The position numbers and the translations under genes were made by a program. Under the pieces are notes generated by a model. That model ran no database searches and had not been told where the DNA came from. It saw only the letters and a list, made by a program, of their open reading frames with translations. DNA of 64,000 nucleotides from an uncultured delta proteobacterium. Its GTDB lineage: Bacteria; Myxococcota; Myxococcia; Myxococcales; Myxococcaceae. The stretch is taken from assembly GCA_963796055.1 (NCBI GenBank), contig CAWCKH010000004.1, forward strand, positions 3,232,001 to 3,296,000. The letters are read 5' to 3'. Shown here piece by piece: positions 10,507 to 20,195 of the stretch (positions within the stretch are counted from its first letter, which is position 1; each line of letters starts with the position of its first letter).

Positions 10507-12009
10507 ATGAACCTTCGTCGCTTCCTCGCGCCGGCGGCGCTCCTCGCCTCCGGTCTCCTTGCCGTGCCGCTGCTCCACGGCGTTCCAGCACGGGCGCAAA
10601 CCTCGCCCGCGCCCCAGCCCCCGCCCGGACAGGCCACCGTGCCCCACCAGGCCGTCCCGCAGGGGGGCGCGCTTCCCTCGCTCGCGCCGCTGGTGGACAG
10701 CGTGAAGGCCGCGGTGGTGAACGTGGACGTCACTTCGCGGGTGGAGCGCGACGACGGCGGCGGGGGGGACGACCCGTTCGAGCAGTTCTTCGGCCGCGGG
10801 CGGCAGCGGCCACAGGTTCGCCAGGGCGCGGGGAGCGGCTTCGTCATCGATCCGCGCGGCTACATCCTGACCAACAACCACGTGGTCGAAGGGGCGTTCA
10901 ACATCCGGGTGAAGTTCGAGGACGGCCGCGCGCTCGAGGCCGAGGTGCTCGGTCGCGACCCGCTGACCGACGTCGCCCTGATCAAGCTCAAGAATCCGCC
11001 CCCGAACATCCCCTTCGTCAAGCTCGGTGACTCGGACGCGATGCGCGTCGGCGACTGGGTGGTGGCGATCGGGAACCCCTTCGGGCTCGCCTCCAGCGTG
11101 AGCGCGGGCATCCTCAGCGCCAAGGCACGGGAGATCGGCGCCACGCAGTACGATGATTTCTTGCAGACCGACGCCGCCATCAACCCCGGCAACTCGGGCG
11201 GTCCGCTGTTCAACCTCCGGGGCGAGGTCATCGGGATGAACACCGCCATCGTCAGCGGCGGAGCGGGCATCGGCTTCGCCGTGCCGAGCAACCTGGCCAA
11301 GGCGATCATCCCGCAGCTGGAGAAGAACGGCTCCGTCACCCGGGGCTACATCGGGGTGAAGCTGCAGAACCTCACCCCCGAGCTGGCCAAGGGGCTGAAC
11401 GTGCCCCAGCCCTCGGGCGCCCTGATCAACGAGGTCACCAGGAACAGCCCGGGCGACAAGGCGGGCCTCAAGGCGGACGACGTGGTGGTCTCGATCGACG
11501 GCAAGAAGGTGGAGAGCAGCTCCGGGCTGTCGCGCACCGTGGCCCTGCGCCCGCCCGGATCCACCGTGAACCTCGGGGTGATCCGCAGCGGCAAGCCCCA
11601 GGACGTCAAGGTGACCTTGACCTCCCGGCCGGGAGACCTGGACCGGCTGGGGGATGCGCGCGGACCTCGCCCCGGCGGCGGCAAGACCCAGAAGGACGAG
11701 AGCAACCGGCAGCGCATCGGGCTGACGCTCCAGAGCATCGATCCCCGCACCGCCGAGGCCAATGGCCTGCCCACCAAGGGCGCGGTCATCACCGAGGTGC
11801 AGCCGGGCTCGCCTGCGGACGCCGCCGAGCTGGCGCCGGGCATGGTGGTCACCGAGGCAGCGGGGAAGAAGGTCGCCTCGGCCGACGATCTCTCTCGCGT
11901 CCTCAAGGAGGCCAAGCCCGGAAGCACCATCCTGCTCCGGGTGCAGGTGCGCGTGCCCAACCGCGAGGAGAGCACGCTTCTGCGCGCGCTCACCATCCCC
12001 GGAGCCTGA
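10507..12009 (+). CDS. HtrA/DegP (Do-family) periplasmic serine protease with two PDZ domains
   Basis: Signal peptide, GSGFVID, triad TNNHVV / TDVALIK / INPGNSGGPL, and two PDZ-like regions. Confidence 0.93.
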   Translation: MNLRRFLAPAALLASGLLAVPLLHGVPARAQTSPAPQPPPGQATVPHQAVPQGGALPSLAPLVDSVKAAVVNVDVTSRVERDDGGGGDDPFEQFFGRGRQRPQVRQGAGSGFVIDPRGYILTNNHVVEGAFNIRVKFEDGRALEAEVLGRDPLTDVALIKLKNPPPNIPFVKLGDSDAMRVGDWVVAIGNPFGLASSVSAGILSAKAREIGATQYDDFLQTDAAINPGNSGGPLFNLRGEVIGMNTAIVSGGAGIGFAVPSNLAKAIIPQLEKNGSVTRGYIGVKLQNLTPELAKGLNVPQPSGALINEVTRNSPGDKAGLKADDVVVSIDGKKVESSSGLSRTVALRPPGSTVNLGVIRSGKPQDVKVTLTSRPGDLDRLGDARGPRPGGGKTQKDESNRQRIGLTLQSIDPRTAEANGLPTKGAVITEVQPGSPADAAELAPGMVVTEAAGKKVASADDLSRVLKEAKPGSTILLRVQVRVPNREESTLLRALTIPGA

Positions 12010-12061
12010 CCCGCCGCCGCTCAGGAGCAGGGTGGGTTCCGGGGTAGGCTCGAGGACTGTC

Positions 12062-12805
12062 GTGGACAGCGCGCTCTTCCTCGTCGCCAGGGGCCTTCCG
12101 GTCCGACACGGCTTCACCCTGCGCTCCGGAGGGGTGAGCGAGGGCAAGCGCGCCTCACTCGACCTCGGGCCGGCCGGGGACACCGGCGCCGACGTGCAGG
12201 AGAACCGAGCGCGGGTGGCGCGGGCCGCGGGTCTTCCGCCCGGACGGCTCGCCCTGGCCGAGCAGGTCCACGGCACGGCCGTGGTCCGCGCCCGGCCCGG
12301 AGTGCTCTCCGAGGCTGACGCGCTGTGGACGGATGAGCGGGACACCTGGATCGGCATCCGGACCGCGGACTGCGTCCCGGTGCTCCTCTGCAGCGAGGAC
12401 GGCGCCCGGGTCGCCGCCGTGCACTCCGGGTGGCGAGGAACGGTGGCCCGCATCGGTGCTGCGGCGGTGGCCACCCTGGCCGGGCCCGGAGCCCCCGCCG
12501 AGACCTTGCGCGCGGCCATCGGGCCCGCGATCGGGGTCTGCTGCTACGAGGTGAGCGAGGAGCTGGCCGGGCGTTTCGCCGACGCCTTCGGTGCGGAGGT
12601 CGTCCGCCGCGGCGGGCCCCGGCCCCACCTGGACCTTCGGCTCGCGGTGCGCCGCACCCTCGTCCAGGCCGGCCTCCGGGAGGCCCACGTCGAGGACGTC
12701 CCGGGGTGCAACGCCTGCGACCCCGGGCGCTTCTTCTCGCACCGCAGGGACCGAGGTGGGACGGGGCGGCACCTGGCGTTCATCGCCCCCGGCCGCCTTT
12801 CTTGA
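12062..12805 (+). CDS. pgeF: Peptidoglycan editing factor PgeF (YfiH/laccase-domain family)
   Basis: EQVHG, ADALWT, TADCVPVLL, AVHSGWRG, IGPAIGVCCYEV, FFSHRR. GTG start at 12062. Confidence 0.9.
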   Translation: MDSALFLVARGLPVRHGFTLRSGGVSEGKRASLDLGPAGDTGADVQENRARVARAAGLPPGRLALAEQVHGTAVVRARPGVLSEADALWTDERDTWIGIRTADCVPVLLCSEDGARVAAVHSGWRGTVARIGAAAVATLAGPGAPAETLRAAIGPAIGVCCYEVSEELAGRFADAFGAEVVRRGGPRPHLDLRLAVRRTLVQAGLREAHVEDVPGCNACDPGRFFSHRRDRGGTGRHLAFIAPGRLS

Positions 12806-12854
12806 CCCCTCTCGAAGCGGGTCCGTACACTCCCACGGAATCCCTCGTGTTCCC

Positions 12855-13634
12855 GTGCCTCGCATCTCCCCCGCGTACGTCCTGACGGCCCTCGTCCCCT
12901 GTGTGGTGGGCTGTGCCTCGGACGCGGCGAGCAAGAGCGAGGTGCGCACGCTCCAGGCCTCGGTGAAGCAGCTGCAGGACGAGAACATGAGGCTCTTGGA
13001 GCGCGTCCAGGCGCTGGAGACGGAGCGTGCGGTGGCCCGGGCCGCGCAGCAGCCGCTGGGCCCGCTGCTGGCCGCGGCGCCCTCCACCCCCACCGGCAGC
13101 GAGGTGCCCACCCTGGCGGTGGTGAAGCTCAGGCCACGCGCCGACCGGGCTCCGTCCATCGACGTGCGCACCCCGGTGCAGGAGCCCGACGCCGAGCTGG
13201 TGGCCGCGCTCGCCAGGCCCACCAACCCGGTCTCCGAGGCGCCGGATGCGACCCAGATCGACGGCGAGTTCGCCCAGGCGCAGGAGTCGCTCCGCACCGG
13301 AAATCTCGGCGGAGGCGTGGAGCGGATGACCCGCTTCGCCGAGGCGCACCCGAAGGATCCGCGCGCCGACGACGCCCTCTACCTCGCCGCGCTGGGCGAG
13401 CTGGGACAGGACGAGCCGGCCCGCGCCGCCAAGCTGCTCGAGACCGCGCTCCAGCGGTATCCGGCTGGAGACGTGGTGCAGCAGGCGATGCTCAAGCTCG
13501 CCGAGTGCCGGATGCGCCTCAAGCAGCCCGCCGAGGCGCGTGCGCTGCTCGCGCGGCTGGCGACCACCTTCCCGGGCACGCCGGCGGCCGCCGAGGCCCA
13601 GGCGCGCCTGGCCCGAATGCCGAGGACACCTTGA
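12855..13634 (+). CDS. YbgF/CpoB-like TPR lipoprotein
   Basis: Lipobox VVGC, an N-terminal coiled coil, and C-terminal TPRs (HPKDPRADDALY, YPAGDVVQQAMLKLAEC, FPGTPAAAEAQARL). TGATG overlap with the next gene. Confidence 0.75.
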   Translation: MPRISPAYVLTALVPCVVGCASDAASKSEVRTLQASVKQLQDENMRLLERVQALETERAVARAAQQPLGPLLAAAPSTPTGSEVPTLAVVKLRPRADRAPSIDVRTPVQEPDAELVAALARPTNPVSEAPDATQIDGEFAQAQESLRTGNLGGGVERMTRFAEAHPKDPRADDALYLAALGELGQDEPARAAKLLETALQRYPAGDVVQQAMLKLAECRMRLKQPAEARALLARLATTFPGTPAAAEAQARLARMPRTP

Positions 13635-14806
13635 TGAGAGCGTCGCTCCTGTCGTTGTGCCTTGTCGCCTCCGTCGTCCGGGCCCAGGCGCCCGCCGGCG
13701 GAAGCTCCGAGGTCGAGGGCACCGAGGTGAAGCAGCCGCCGCGCCCTGCCGACCAGGGCCAGGTGCAAGTGGCCCCGCCGGAGGGCCCCTCGCAGGTGCA
13801 CACCGTGGAGAAGGGCGACACCCTGTGGGACCTGTCGAGCAAGTACCTCGGCAGCCCCTGGTACTGGCCGAAGGTCTGGTCGTACAACCCGCAGATCGCC
13901 AACCCCCACTGGATCTACCCCGGCAACCAGGTGCGCTTCTTCCCCGGCAACGGAGAGGAGACGCCGGCCAGGGCCGAGCAGGTCGTCGGTGACGAGGACG
14001 AGCTGCAGGCCGGCGAGGCCATCCAGGGCGAGGACGAGGTCCAGGTGGTCCGTCTTCCGGTGGAGACCAAGACCCGGGAGATCGTCCTGAAGGATGGCTT
14101 CGTGACCCCGCGGGAGATCGAGGCCGCGGGCACGCTGGTCGGCAGCTATGCCGAGTCCGAGATGCTGTCGCCGCCCGACGTGGTCTACCTGGACTTCAAG
14201 GACCGGAGCGCGGTCCAGGTCGGCGCCAGCTACCTCGTCTACCGCACCGTGGGGGAAATCCATCACCCCCACACGGGCAAGTTCCTGGGCTACCAGACCC
14301 AGATCCTTGGCACGGTGAAGGTGAACCGCACCAGCGAGCCCAAGGTCCGGGCGGTCCTCGACCGCGCGCTGGACGAGATCCGCCGCGGCGACCGCATCGG
14401 CCCGGCGCGCGAGCGGCTGTACGAGACCGTGGCTCCAGTCCCCAGCTCCGTGACCTTGCAGAACCTCACCGTCGTGGCGCAGCTCGAGCCGTCGCTCACC
14501 ATGGCCGGCGAGCAGGTCCGGGTTCTGGTGGATGCTGGCAGCGCCCAGGGTGTCCAGGTCGGAAACGTCTTCACCGTCATCCGCCAGGTGGACCCCATCA
14601 CCTCCGGGGTCGGAGTCGATCCCAGCGAGAACCAGGACAGCACCCTGCCCCTGGAGGAGGTTGGCCGGTGCATGGCGGTGGACGTCCGCGAGACCGTGAC
14701 CACCTGCCTGCTCCTCCGCTCCTTCCGCGAGGTGGTGGCCGGAGACCGGGTCGAGCTGCGCGCCGGCGGGCCGCAAACGGCCGGATTCACTGGCTCAAGT
14801 CGCTGA
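13634..14806 (+). CDS. tsaP: LysM peptidoglycan-binding protein, TsaP-like (type IV pilus secretin-associated)
   Basis: Signal peptide and LysM HTVEKGDTLWDLSSKYLGSPWYWPKVWSYNPQIANPHWIYPGN. It sits immediately upstream of dprA, the usual tsaP context. Confidence 0.78.
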   Translation: MRASLLSLCLVASVVRAQAPAGGSSEVEGTEVKQPPRPADQGQVQVAPPEGPSQVHTVEKGDTLWDLSSKYLGSPWYWPKVWSYNPQIANPHWIYPGNQVRFFPGNGEETPARAEQVVGDEDELQAGEAIQGEDEVQVVRLPVETKTREIVLKDGFVTPREIEAAGTLVGSYAESEMLSPPDVVYLDFKDRSAVQVGASYLVYRTVGEIHHPHTGKFLGYQTQILGTVKVNRTSEPKVRAVLDRALDEIRRGDRIGPARERLYETVAPVPSSVTLQNLTVVAQLEPSLTMAGEQVRVLVDAGSAQGVQVGNVFTVIRQVDPITSGVGVDPSENQDSTLPLEEVGRCMAVDVRETVTTCLLLRSFREVVAGDRVELRAGGPQTAGFTGSSR

Positions 14807-14834
14807 ACCCGCGGGCTGTCCGGGGGGCCCTCGC

Positions 14835-14863
14835 TTGACCCGGTGGGTGCGGGCGCTTATGTC
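14835..14863 (+). promoter_or_regulatory. Putative sigma70-type promoter upstream of dprA
   Basis: TTGACC-N17-TATGTC. Confidence 0.35.
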
Positions 14864-14935
14864 TCGCCGCCGCTTTCCGGCCGGTCTCCCCACTTCTATA
14901 TAGGTGGCCCGGGACTGGCAGGGGCGTACCCCGTG

Positions 14936-16051
14936 ATGGACACCCGTCCGCTCCCCAGCGCCGAACGCGATGCGCTTCTCGCCCTCTGGGCCGTTCCCGG
15001 CATCGGGAGCATCGGCCTCGGCGGCATGCGCGTGTGGGCCGCCGGACGGTGGGCCGACCTCCTGGACACCCCGGCCCGCGACTGGGTCGATGGACTGCCG
15101 GCGAGCGACCTGGTGCGGGCGCGGCTCCGGGCGGCGGGGTCGCTCCGCGCGGTGGCCGAGGAGGTGCGCGAGCGCGCGACCCGGGGCCGGATGGAGGTGC
15201 TCCACAGGGGAGACCCCGGCTACCCCGAGCGGCTGGCCGAGGTGCGTGACGCGCCCCCGGTGCTCTTCGTGCGCGGCACCGTGGGTCGTCCCCGGCGGAG
15301 GCTGGCGCTCGTCGGCACCCGCCACCCCGAGCAGGGCTTCCTCCGGCATGCGCGGGCTTTCGCCGCGGCGGTGGCGGGCGGCGGCGCCGGCGTGGTGTCC
15401 GGGGCGGCCGCCGGCGTGGATCGAGCCTGTCACCTCGGCGCGCTCGACATGGGCGGCGAGACCTGGGCGTTCCTCGGCTCGGCGCTCGACGCGGTGGACC
15501 CCGCCCAGGCGCGGCTGGTGCCGGCCATCCTCGACGGCGGGGGCGCCGTGTTCAGCGAGCTGCCGCCGGGGATCCGGGCGAGCAAGCAGACGTTCCCCCG
15601 GCGAAACCGACTCATCTCCGGCGCATCCGATGCGGTTCTGGTGCTCCGGGCGGGCGAGAGGAGCGGCGCGATGCACACGGTCGCCGCGGCGCGGGTCCAG
15701 GGCCGGCCCATCCTCGCCTGTCCTGGGGAGACGTGGGCCGAGGCGGCCCGGGGCTGCAACCTCCTGGTGGCGCGTGGCCTGGCGCAGCTGTGCATCGGGC
15801 CACGGGACGCACTGAGGGTGGTGGGGCTGGACGGGACGCCGCCGCCGGGGACCATCGAGCCCGGGCAGATGCCAGGCATGTCCCAGGCCGCGGCGCGCAT
15901 CTACGCGCTGCTGGGGTCCGAGCCGCGTCCGGTGGAGGAGCTGGAGGAAGGCTCCGGGCTGGATCCGGGCGCTGCAGTGAGCGCGCTGTGCGAGCTGGAG
16001 CTCCTGGGACTTGCGGTGCAGGCCCCGGGAAGAAGGTACCAACGGGTGTGA
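14936..16051 (+). CDS. dprA: DNA-processing protein DprA
   Basis: YPERLAEVRDAPPVLFVRG, ALVGTR, VVSGAAAGVD, FPRRNRLISG, and a C-terminal winged helix. Confidence 0.93.
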   Translation: MDTRPLPSAERDALLALWAVPGIGSIGLGGMRVWAAGRWADLLDTPARDWVDGLPASDLVRARLRAAGSLRAVAEEVRERATRGRMEVLHRGDPGYPERLAEVRDAPPVLFVRGTVGRPRRRLALVGTRHPEQGFLRHARAFAAAVAGGGAGVVSGAAAGVDRACHLGALDMGGETWAFLGSALDAVDPAQARLVPAILDGGGAVFSELPPGIRASKQTFPRRNRLISGASDAVLVLRAGERSGAMHTVAAARVQGRPILACPGETWAEAARGCNLLVARGLAQLCIGPRDALRVVGLDGTPPPGTIEPGQMPGMSQAAARIYALLGSEPRPVEELEEGSGLDPGAAVSALCELELLGLAVQAPGRRYQRV

Positions 16052-16059
16052 GGGAGACG

Positions 16060-18552
16060 ATGCCGACGACACGGACCAAGAAGGCCGACGCGGGGGGTTC
16101 CCCGGCCGAGAAGGCGAAGAAGCCTCCTGCCCGTAAGGCTCCCCCGGCGATGAAGGCCAGGAAGGCCGCCCCGGCGAAGACCGCCGCGAAGAAGCGGACC
16201 CTCGCCGTGGTTCACGCCGACAGCACGCCCGCCCCACGCCGCGGCGGCCGGTACCTGGTGGTGGTCGAGTCGCCGGCCAAGGCGAAGACCATCAAGAAGT
16301 ACCTGGGCTCGGGCTACGCGGTGAAGGCGTCCGTGGGCCACGTCAAGGACCTGCCCAAGAGCAAGATGGGCATCGACGTGGAGCACGACTTCACGCCCGA
16401 GTACCACGTCATTCCCAGCAAGGAGAAAGCACTCGGCGAGCTGAAGAAGGCGGCGGCAGGGGCCGAGCAGGTGTTCCTCGCCACCGACCCCGACCGGGAA
16501 GGGGAGGCCATTGCCTGGCACCTGAACGAGGAGCTACGGCACCCCAACGCCGTGCGGGTGCTGTTCAACGAGATCACCAAGAAGGCGATCCAGGAGGCCA
16601 TCGCCCACCCGCGGTCGCTGGATCAGGCGAAGTACGACTCGCAGCAGACGCGGCGCATCCTCGACCGACTGGTGGGCTACCAGATCAGCCCGCTGCTCTG
16701 GAAGAAGGTGCGGCGCGGGCTCTCTGCCGGCCGGGTGCAGTCGGTGGCGGTACGGCTGATCGTCGAGCGTGAGCAGCTGATCAAGGCCTTCGTCCCGGTG
16801 GAGTACTGGACGCTGGAGGCCGAGCTGGAGGGAAAGGCTCCGCCCTCGTTCCGGGCACGGCTGGCGAAGCTGGACGGGAAGAAGGCCGAGGTCCCCGACC
16901 GGGCCACCGCCGATGCGCTCCTGGAGGAGCTGCGGGGAGCCGACTACCGGGTCGAGACCGTGGAGCGACGCGAGCGCCGGCGCAACGCCCCGGCGCCGTT
17001 CATCACCAGCAAGCTGCAGCAGGAGGCCGCGAACCGGCTGCACTTCACCGCCAAGAAGACCATGACCCTCGCCCAGCGGTTGTACGAGGGCGTGGAGCTC
17101 GGCGAGGAGGGGCAGACCGCGCTCATCACCTACATGCGCACCGACTCGGTGCGTCTCTCGGACGACGCAGTGGCCGCGGCGCGCGGGTACATCGCCGAGA
17201 CCTACGGGAAGGACGCCCTCCCCGACGAGCCGCTGGTCTACCGGAGCCGGAAGAGCGCCCAGGACGCGCACGAGGCCATCCGCCCGGTGTCGATGGAGTG
17301 GACGCCCGAGCGGGTGAGGCCCTTCCTCGAGCCCGACATGGCGCGGCTCTACGAGCTCATCTGGAACCGGTTCGTCGCCTGCCAGATGAAGCCTGCGGTG
17401 TACGACCAGACCACGGTGGAGATCTCCGCCGGTCGGGCCACCTTCCGCGCCGCAGGATCGATCCTCAGGTTCGCCGGCTACCTGGCGGTGTACGGGATGG
17501 CCCCCACCGCGGACGAGGAGTCCGAGCGGGAGAAGAGCGGCGCCGACGAGCCGAAGCCGGAAGAGGCCAGCGTGCAGCTGCCCGAGCTCGCCGAGGGCGA
17601 CCGGTTGAGGCTGGTGGGGCAGGGGCTGCTCTCCGAGCAGCACTTCACCCAGCCGCCACCCCGGTTCACCGAGGCCTCGCTGGTCAAGGAGCTGGAGGAG
17701 GACGGGATCGGGCGCCCCTCGACCTATGCCTCGATCCTCTCGGTGATCCAGGACAAGAAGTACGTGGAGAAGCTCGAGGGCCGCTTCCATCCCACCGAGC
17801 TGGGGAAGATCACCACCGAGGAGCTGGTGAAGCACTTCCCCCACGAGATGGACGTGACCTTCACCGCGAGCATGGAGGAGCAGCTCGACCAGATCTCCGA
17901 CGGGGACTCCGACTGGCGACGCGTGCTTCGTGACTTCTACGGCCCCTTCCAGGTCACCCTGGCCAGGGCCGAGCAGGAGATGCGCGACGTCAAGCGGGAA
18001 GAGATCCCCACCGACGTCAACTGCGAGAAGTGCGGGAAGATGATGGCCATCAAGTGGGGGAAGATGGGCCGCTTCCTCGCCTGCACCGGCTACCCCGACT
18101 GCAAGAACACCAAGGACTTCAAGGAGGTCGACGGCAAGGTCGTCCCGGTGGAGGAGGAGCCCACCGACGAGACCTGCGAGAAGTGCGGTCGGCCCATGGT
18201 CATCAAGCGGGGCCGCTTCGGGCGCTTCATGGCCTGCTCGGGGTACCCGGAGTGCAAGACCAGCAAGCCCCTGTCCATCGGCGTGGCCTGCCCCACCTGC
18301 AAGGTGGGCTACCTCACCGAGCGCCGGAGCCGCCGGGGGAAGGTGTTCTTCGGTTGCAACCGGTACCCGGACTGCACCTTCGCCGCCTGGGACCGCCCGC
18401 TGCCCCAGGCCTGCCCGCAGTGCGCCTCGCCGTACCTGCTGCAGAAGTACAGCAAGCGCGACGGCGCGCGGATCGTCTGTCCGAACAAGGAGTGCGGCTA
18501 CACCCGCCCGGTGGACGAGGGCGGCCCGGTGGCGCCGCCCAGCGCTGCCTAG
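16060..18552 (+). CDS. topA: DNA topoisomerase I with C-terminal zinc ribbons
   Basis: VVVESPAKAKTIKKYLG, ATDPDREGEAIAWH, SAGRVQS, ITYMRTDS (catalytic Tyr), QDAHEAIRP, GIGRPSTYA, and four C4 zinc ribbons. Confidence 0.97.
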   Translation: MPTTRTKKADAGGSPAEKAKKPPARKAPPAMKARKAAPAKTAAKKRTLAVVHADSTPAPRRGGRYLVVVESPAKAKTIKKYLGSGYAVKASVGHVKDLPKSKMGIDVEHDFTPEYHVIPSKEKALGELKKAAAGAEQVFLATDPDREGEAIAWHLNEELRHPNAVRVLFNEITKKAIQEAIAHPRSLDQAKYDSQQTRRILDRLVGYQISPLLWKKVRRGLSAGRVQSVAVRLIVEREQLIKAFVPVEYWTLEAELEGKAPPSFRARLAKLDGKKAEVPDRATADALLEELRGADYRVETVERRERRRNAPAPFITSKLQQEAANRLHFTAKKTMTLAQRLYEGVELGEEGQTALITYMRTDSVRLSDDAVAAARGYIAETYGKDALPDEPLVYRSRKSAQDAHEAIRPVSMEWTPERVRPFLEPDMARLYELIWNRFVACQMKPAVYDQTTVEISAGRATFRAAGSILRFAGYLAVYGMAPTADEESEREKSGADEPKPEEASVQLPELAEGDRLRLVGQGLLSEQHFTQPPPRFTEASLVKELEEDGIGRPSTYASILSVIQDKKYVEKLEGRFHPTELGKITTEELVKHFPHEMDVTFTASMEEQLDQISDGDSDWRRVLRDFYGPFQVTLARAEQEMRDVKREEIPTDVNCEKCGKMMAIKWGKMGRFLACTGYPDCKNTKDFKEVDGKVVPVEEEPTDETCEKCGRPMVIKRGRFGRFMACSGYPECKTSKPLSIGVACPTCKVGYLTERRSRRGKVFFGCNRYPDCTFAAWDRPLPQACPQCASPYLLQKYSKRDGARIVCPNKECGYTRPVDEGGPVAPPSAA

Positions 18553-18699
18553 GTCAGGGCGGCCGCCGTCGAGATCCGGGTCAGGGTGTCGTCAGGTGGG
18601 CTGCAGTCGGCGAGGTCCGGGCGGCCGCAGTCAGCGAGCGCTCCTCGCCGCCCCCCGTGTCCGGGGGGCCGGTCAGCGGATCTGCGAGGCGGTGCGACA

Positions 18700-18715
18700 C
18701 TGTCCCCGGGGACAG
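18700..18715. promoter_or_regulatory. Perfect 16-bp palindrome, candidate operator
   Basis: CTGTCCCCGGGGACAG in the 340-bp topA-tolQ intergenic region. Confidence 0.35.
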
Positions 18716-18758
18716 AGGCGCGGGCGGGCCGCGGTGGCGCAGCACCACCGTGCCGTTC

Positions 18759-18788
18759 TTGACACCCCGGGGGGCGCAAAGGGACGAT
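18759..18788 (+). promoter_or_regulatory. Putative sigma70-type promoter for the tolQ/tolR/tolR operon
   Basis: Consensus TTGACA-N18-GACGAT. Confidence 0.45.
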
Positions 18789-18892
18789 GTTTCTCCGGTC
18801 TTCGCCGTGAAGCACCGCTCTCCCCGCCTTTCTCGAGAGACTCCAACGCGCCGGCCCGCTGCACAGGCGCACCGGAAAGGATTCACCCGTCC

Positions 18893-19624
18893 ATGAGCAC
18901 GTCGATGAGCCACCTGATCGAGGCCGTCCTGGCCGCTGCACCTGCCGTGAAAGGTGGGGCGATGGACTCGATCGTTCGGTTCTTCAAGGAGGGTGGCCCG
19001 TTCATGTACGTGAACCTCTTCTGGATGGCGTGCGCGATCGCGGTGGTGGTCGAGCGCGTCGTCACGCTGATGTTCCGCTACAACCTGAACGCCGAGCCGT
19101 TCATGGAGCAGATCACCAAGCTGGTGCTCACCGGCAACGTGGACCGGGCGGTGAAGCTCTGCGGCGCGGCGCCGAACTCGCCGCTGGCCCGGGTGATCCG
19201 CGCCGGACTGACCCGCGCCAACCGGGGCGAGATGGAGGTGGCCAAGAGCGTGGAGGAGGCCATCCTCGAGCACACCCCGCCCATCCAGACGCGCATCCCC
19301 TGGCTCTGGTCGCTGGCCAACATCGCCACCCTGGTGGGGCTCCTCGGCACCATCAGCGGTCTGATCATCACCTTCCAATCGCTGGGCAACGTGCCCGCGG
19401 ATCAGAAGCAGGCCATCCTCTCCAACGGCATCTCGGAGGCGATGAACAACACCGCCTTCGGTCTGGGCATCGCGGTGTCCTGCATCATCTCCCACCTCTT
19501 CCTGACCGCGTACGCCAAGAAAATGGTGGAGTCGGTGGAGCTCAGTGCCCTGAAGCTGGAGAACCTCCTGTCGCGGCGCGCGGCCGGAGAGACCTCGGCG
19601 ATGGACTTCGAGCGCTCGGCGTAA
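18893..19624 (+). CDS. MotA/TolQ/ExbB proton channel subunit (AglR-like paralog)
   Basis: EGGPFM...AVVVER, LANIATLVGLLGTISGLI, GISEAMNNTAFGL. Alternative ATG starts at 18905 and 18962. Confidence 0.9.
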   Translation: MSTSMSHLIEAVLAAAPAVKGGAMDSIVRFFKEGGPFMYVNLFWMACAIAVVVERVVTLMFRYNLNAEPFMEQITKLVLTGNVDRAVKLCGAAPNSPLARVIRAGLTRANRGEMEVAKSVEEAILEHTPPIQTRIPWLWSLANIATLVGLLGTISGLIITFQSLGNVPADQKQAILSNGISEAMNNTAFGLGIAVSCIISHLFLTAYAKKMVESVELSALKLENLLSRRAAGETSAMDFERSA

Positions 19625-19649
19625 GGGCGGGTCCGAGGGTCCCTGGCCG

Positions 19650-20195
19650 ATGGCCTTCTTCTACAGCAAGCGCAAGCTTCGGGTCCGGGGCCGCGAGGAG
19701 GGCCAAGAGCTCAACATCGTCCCCTACCTCGACATCCTCATGAACCTGATCATGTTCATGCTCCTGTCGATCACCGGTCTGTCGGCGTTCGGCATCCTGA
19801 ACGTGAACGCGCCGAATTACGGCGGCCCGAGCACCCAGGTGACCGAGGAGGGGGACAAGCCGAAGCTGCTGCTCACCGTACTCATCTCCAAGAAGGGGTT
19901 CTACGTCGCGGCGACCGGCGGGGTGGTCGGGCAGCAGCAGCAGCCGGGACAGCCCAACCCGGCCGAGGCCCCGCCCAGCATCCCCAAGAAGGCCGACGGC
20001 AGCTACGACTACACCGCGCTCACCGAGTCGATGGTGAACGTGAAGAAGGAGTTCCCCTCCGAGTCGAAGGTCATCGTCGGCGCCGAGGGCGACATTCCCT
20101 ACGAGGTCCTGGTCCAGACCATGGACGCGGTCCGCGAGACGCCTGGCCGGGAGCGCAAGCTGCTCTTCACCGACGTCACCCTGGGGGCGATCTGA
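19650..20195 (+). CDS. ExbD/TolR family subunit 1 (AglQ-like)
   Basis: ELNIVPYLDILMNL with the conserved TM Asp; IVGAEGDIPYEVLVQTMDAVR. Confidence 0.88.
   Translation: MAFFYSKRKLRVRGREEGQELNIVPYLDILMNLIMFMLLSITGLSAFGILNVNAPNYGGPSTQVTEEGDKPKLLLTVLISKKGFYVAATGGVVGQQQQPGQPNPAEAPPSIPKKADGSYDYTALTESMVNVKKEFPSESKVIVGAEGDIPYEVLVQTMDAVRETPGRERKLLFTDVTLGAI

Noticed and set aside
18765..18815. GGGCGCAAAG...CTCCGGTCT resembling part of a c-di-GMP-I riboswitch
   Set aside because: The upstream GGCAAAC/GNRA stem is missing, the spacing is wrong, and the segment overlaps the better-supported promoter.
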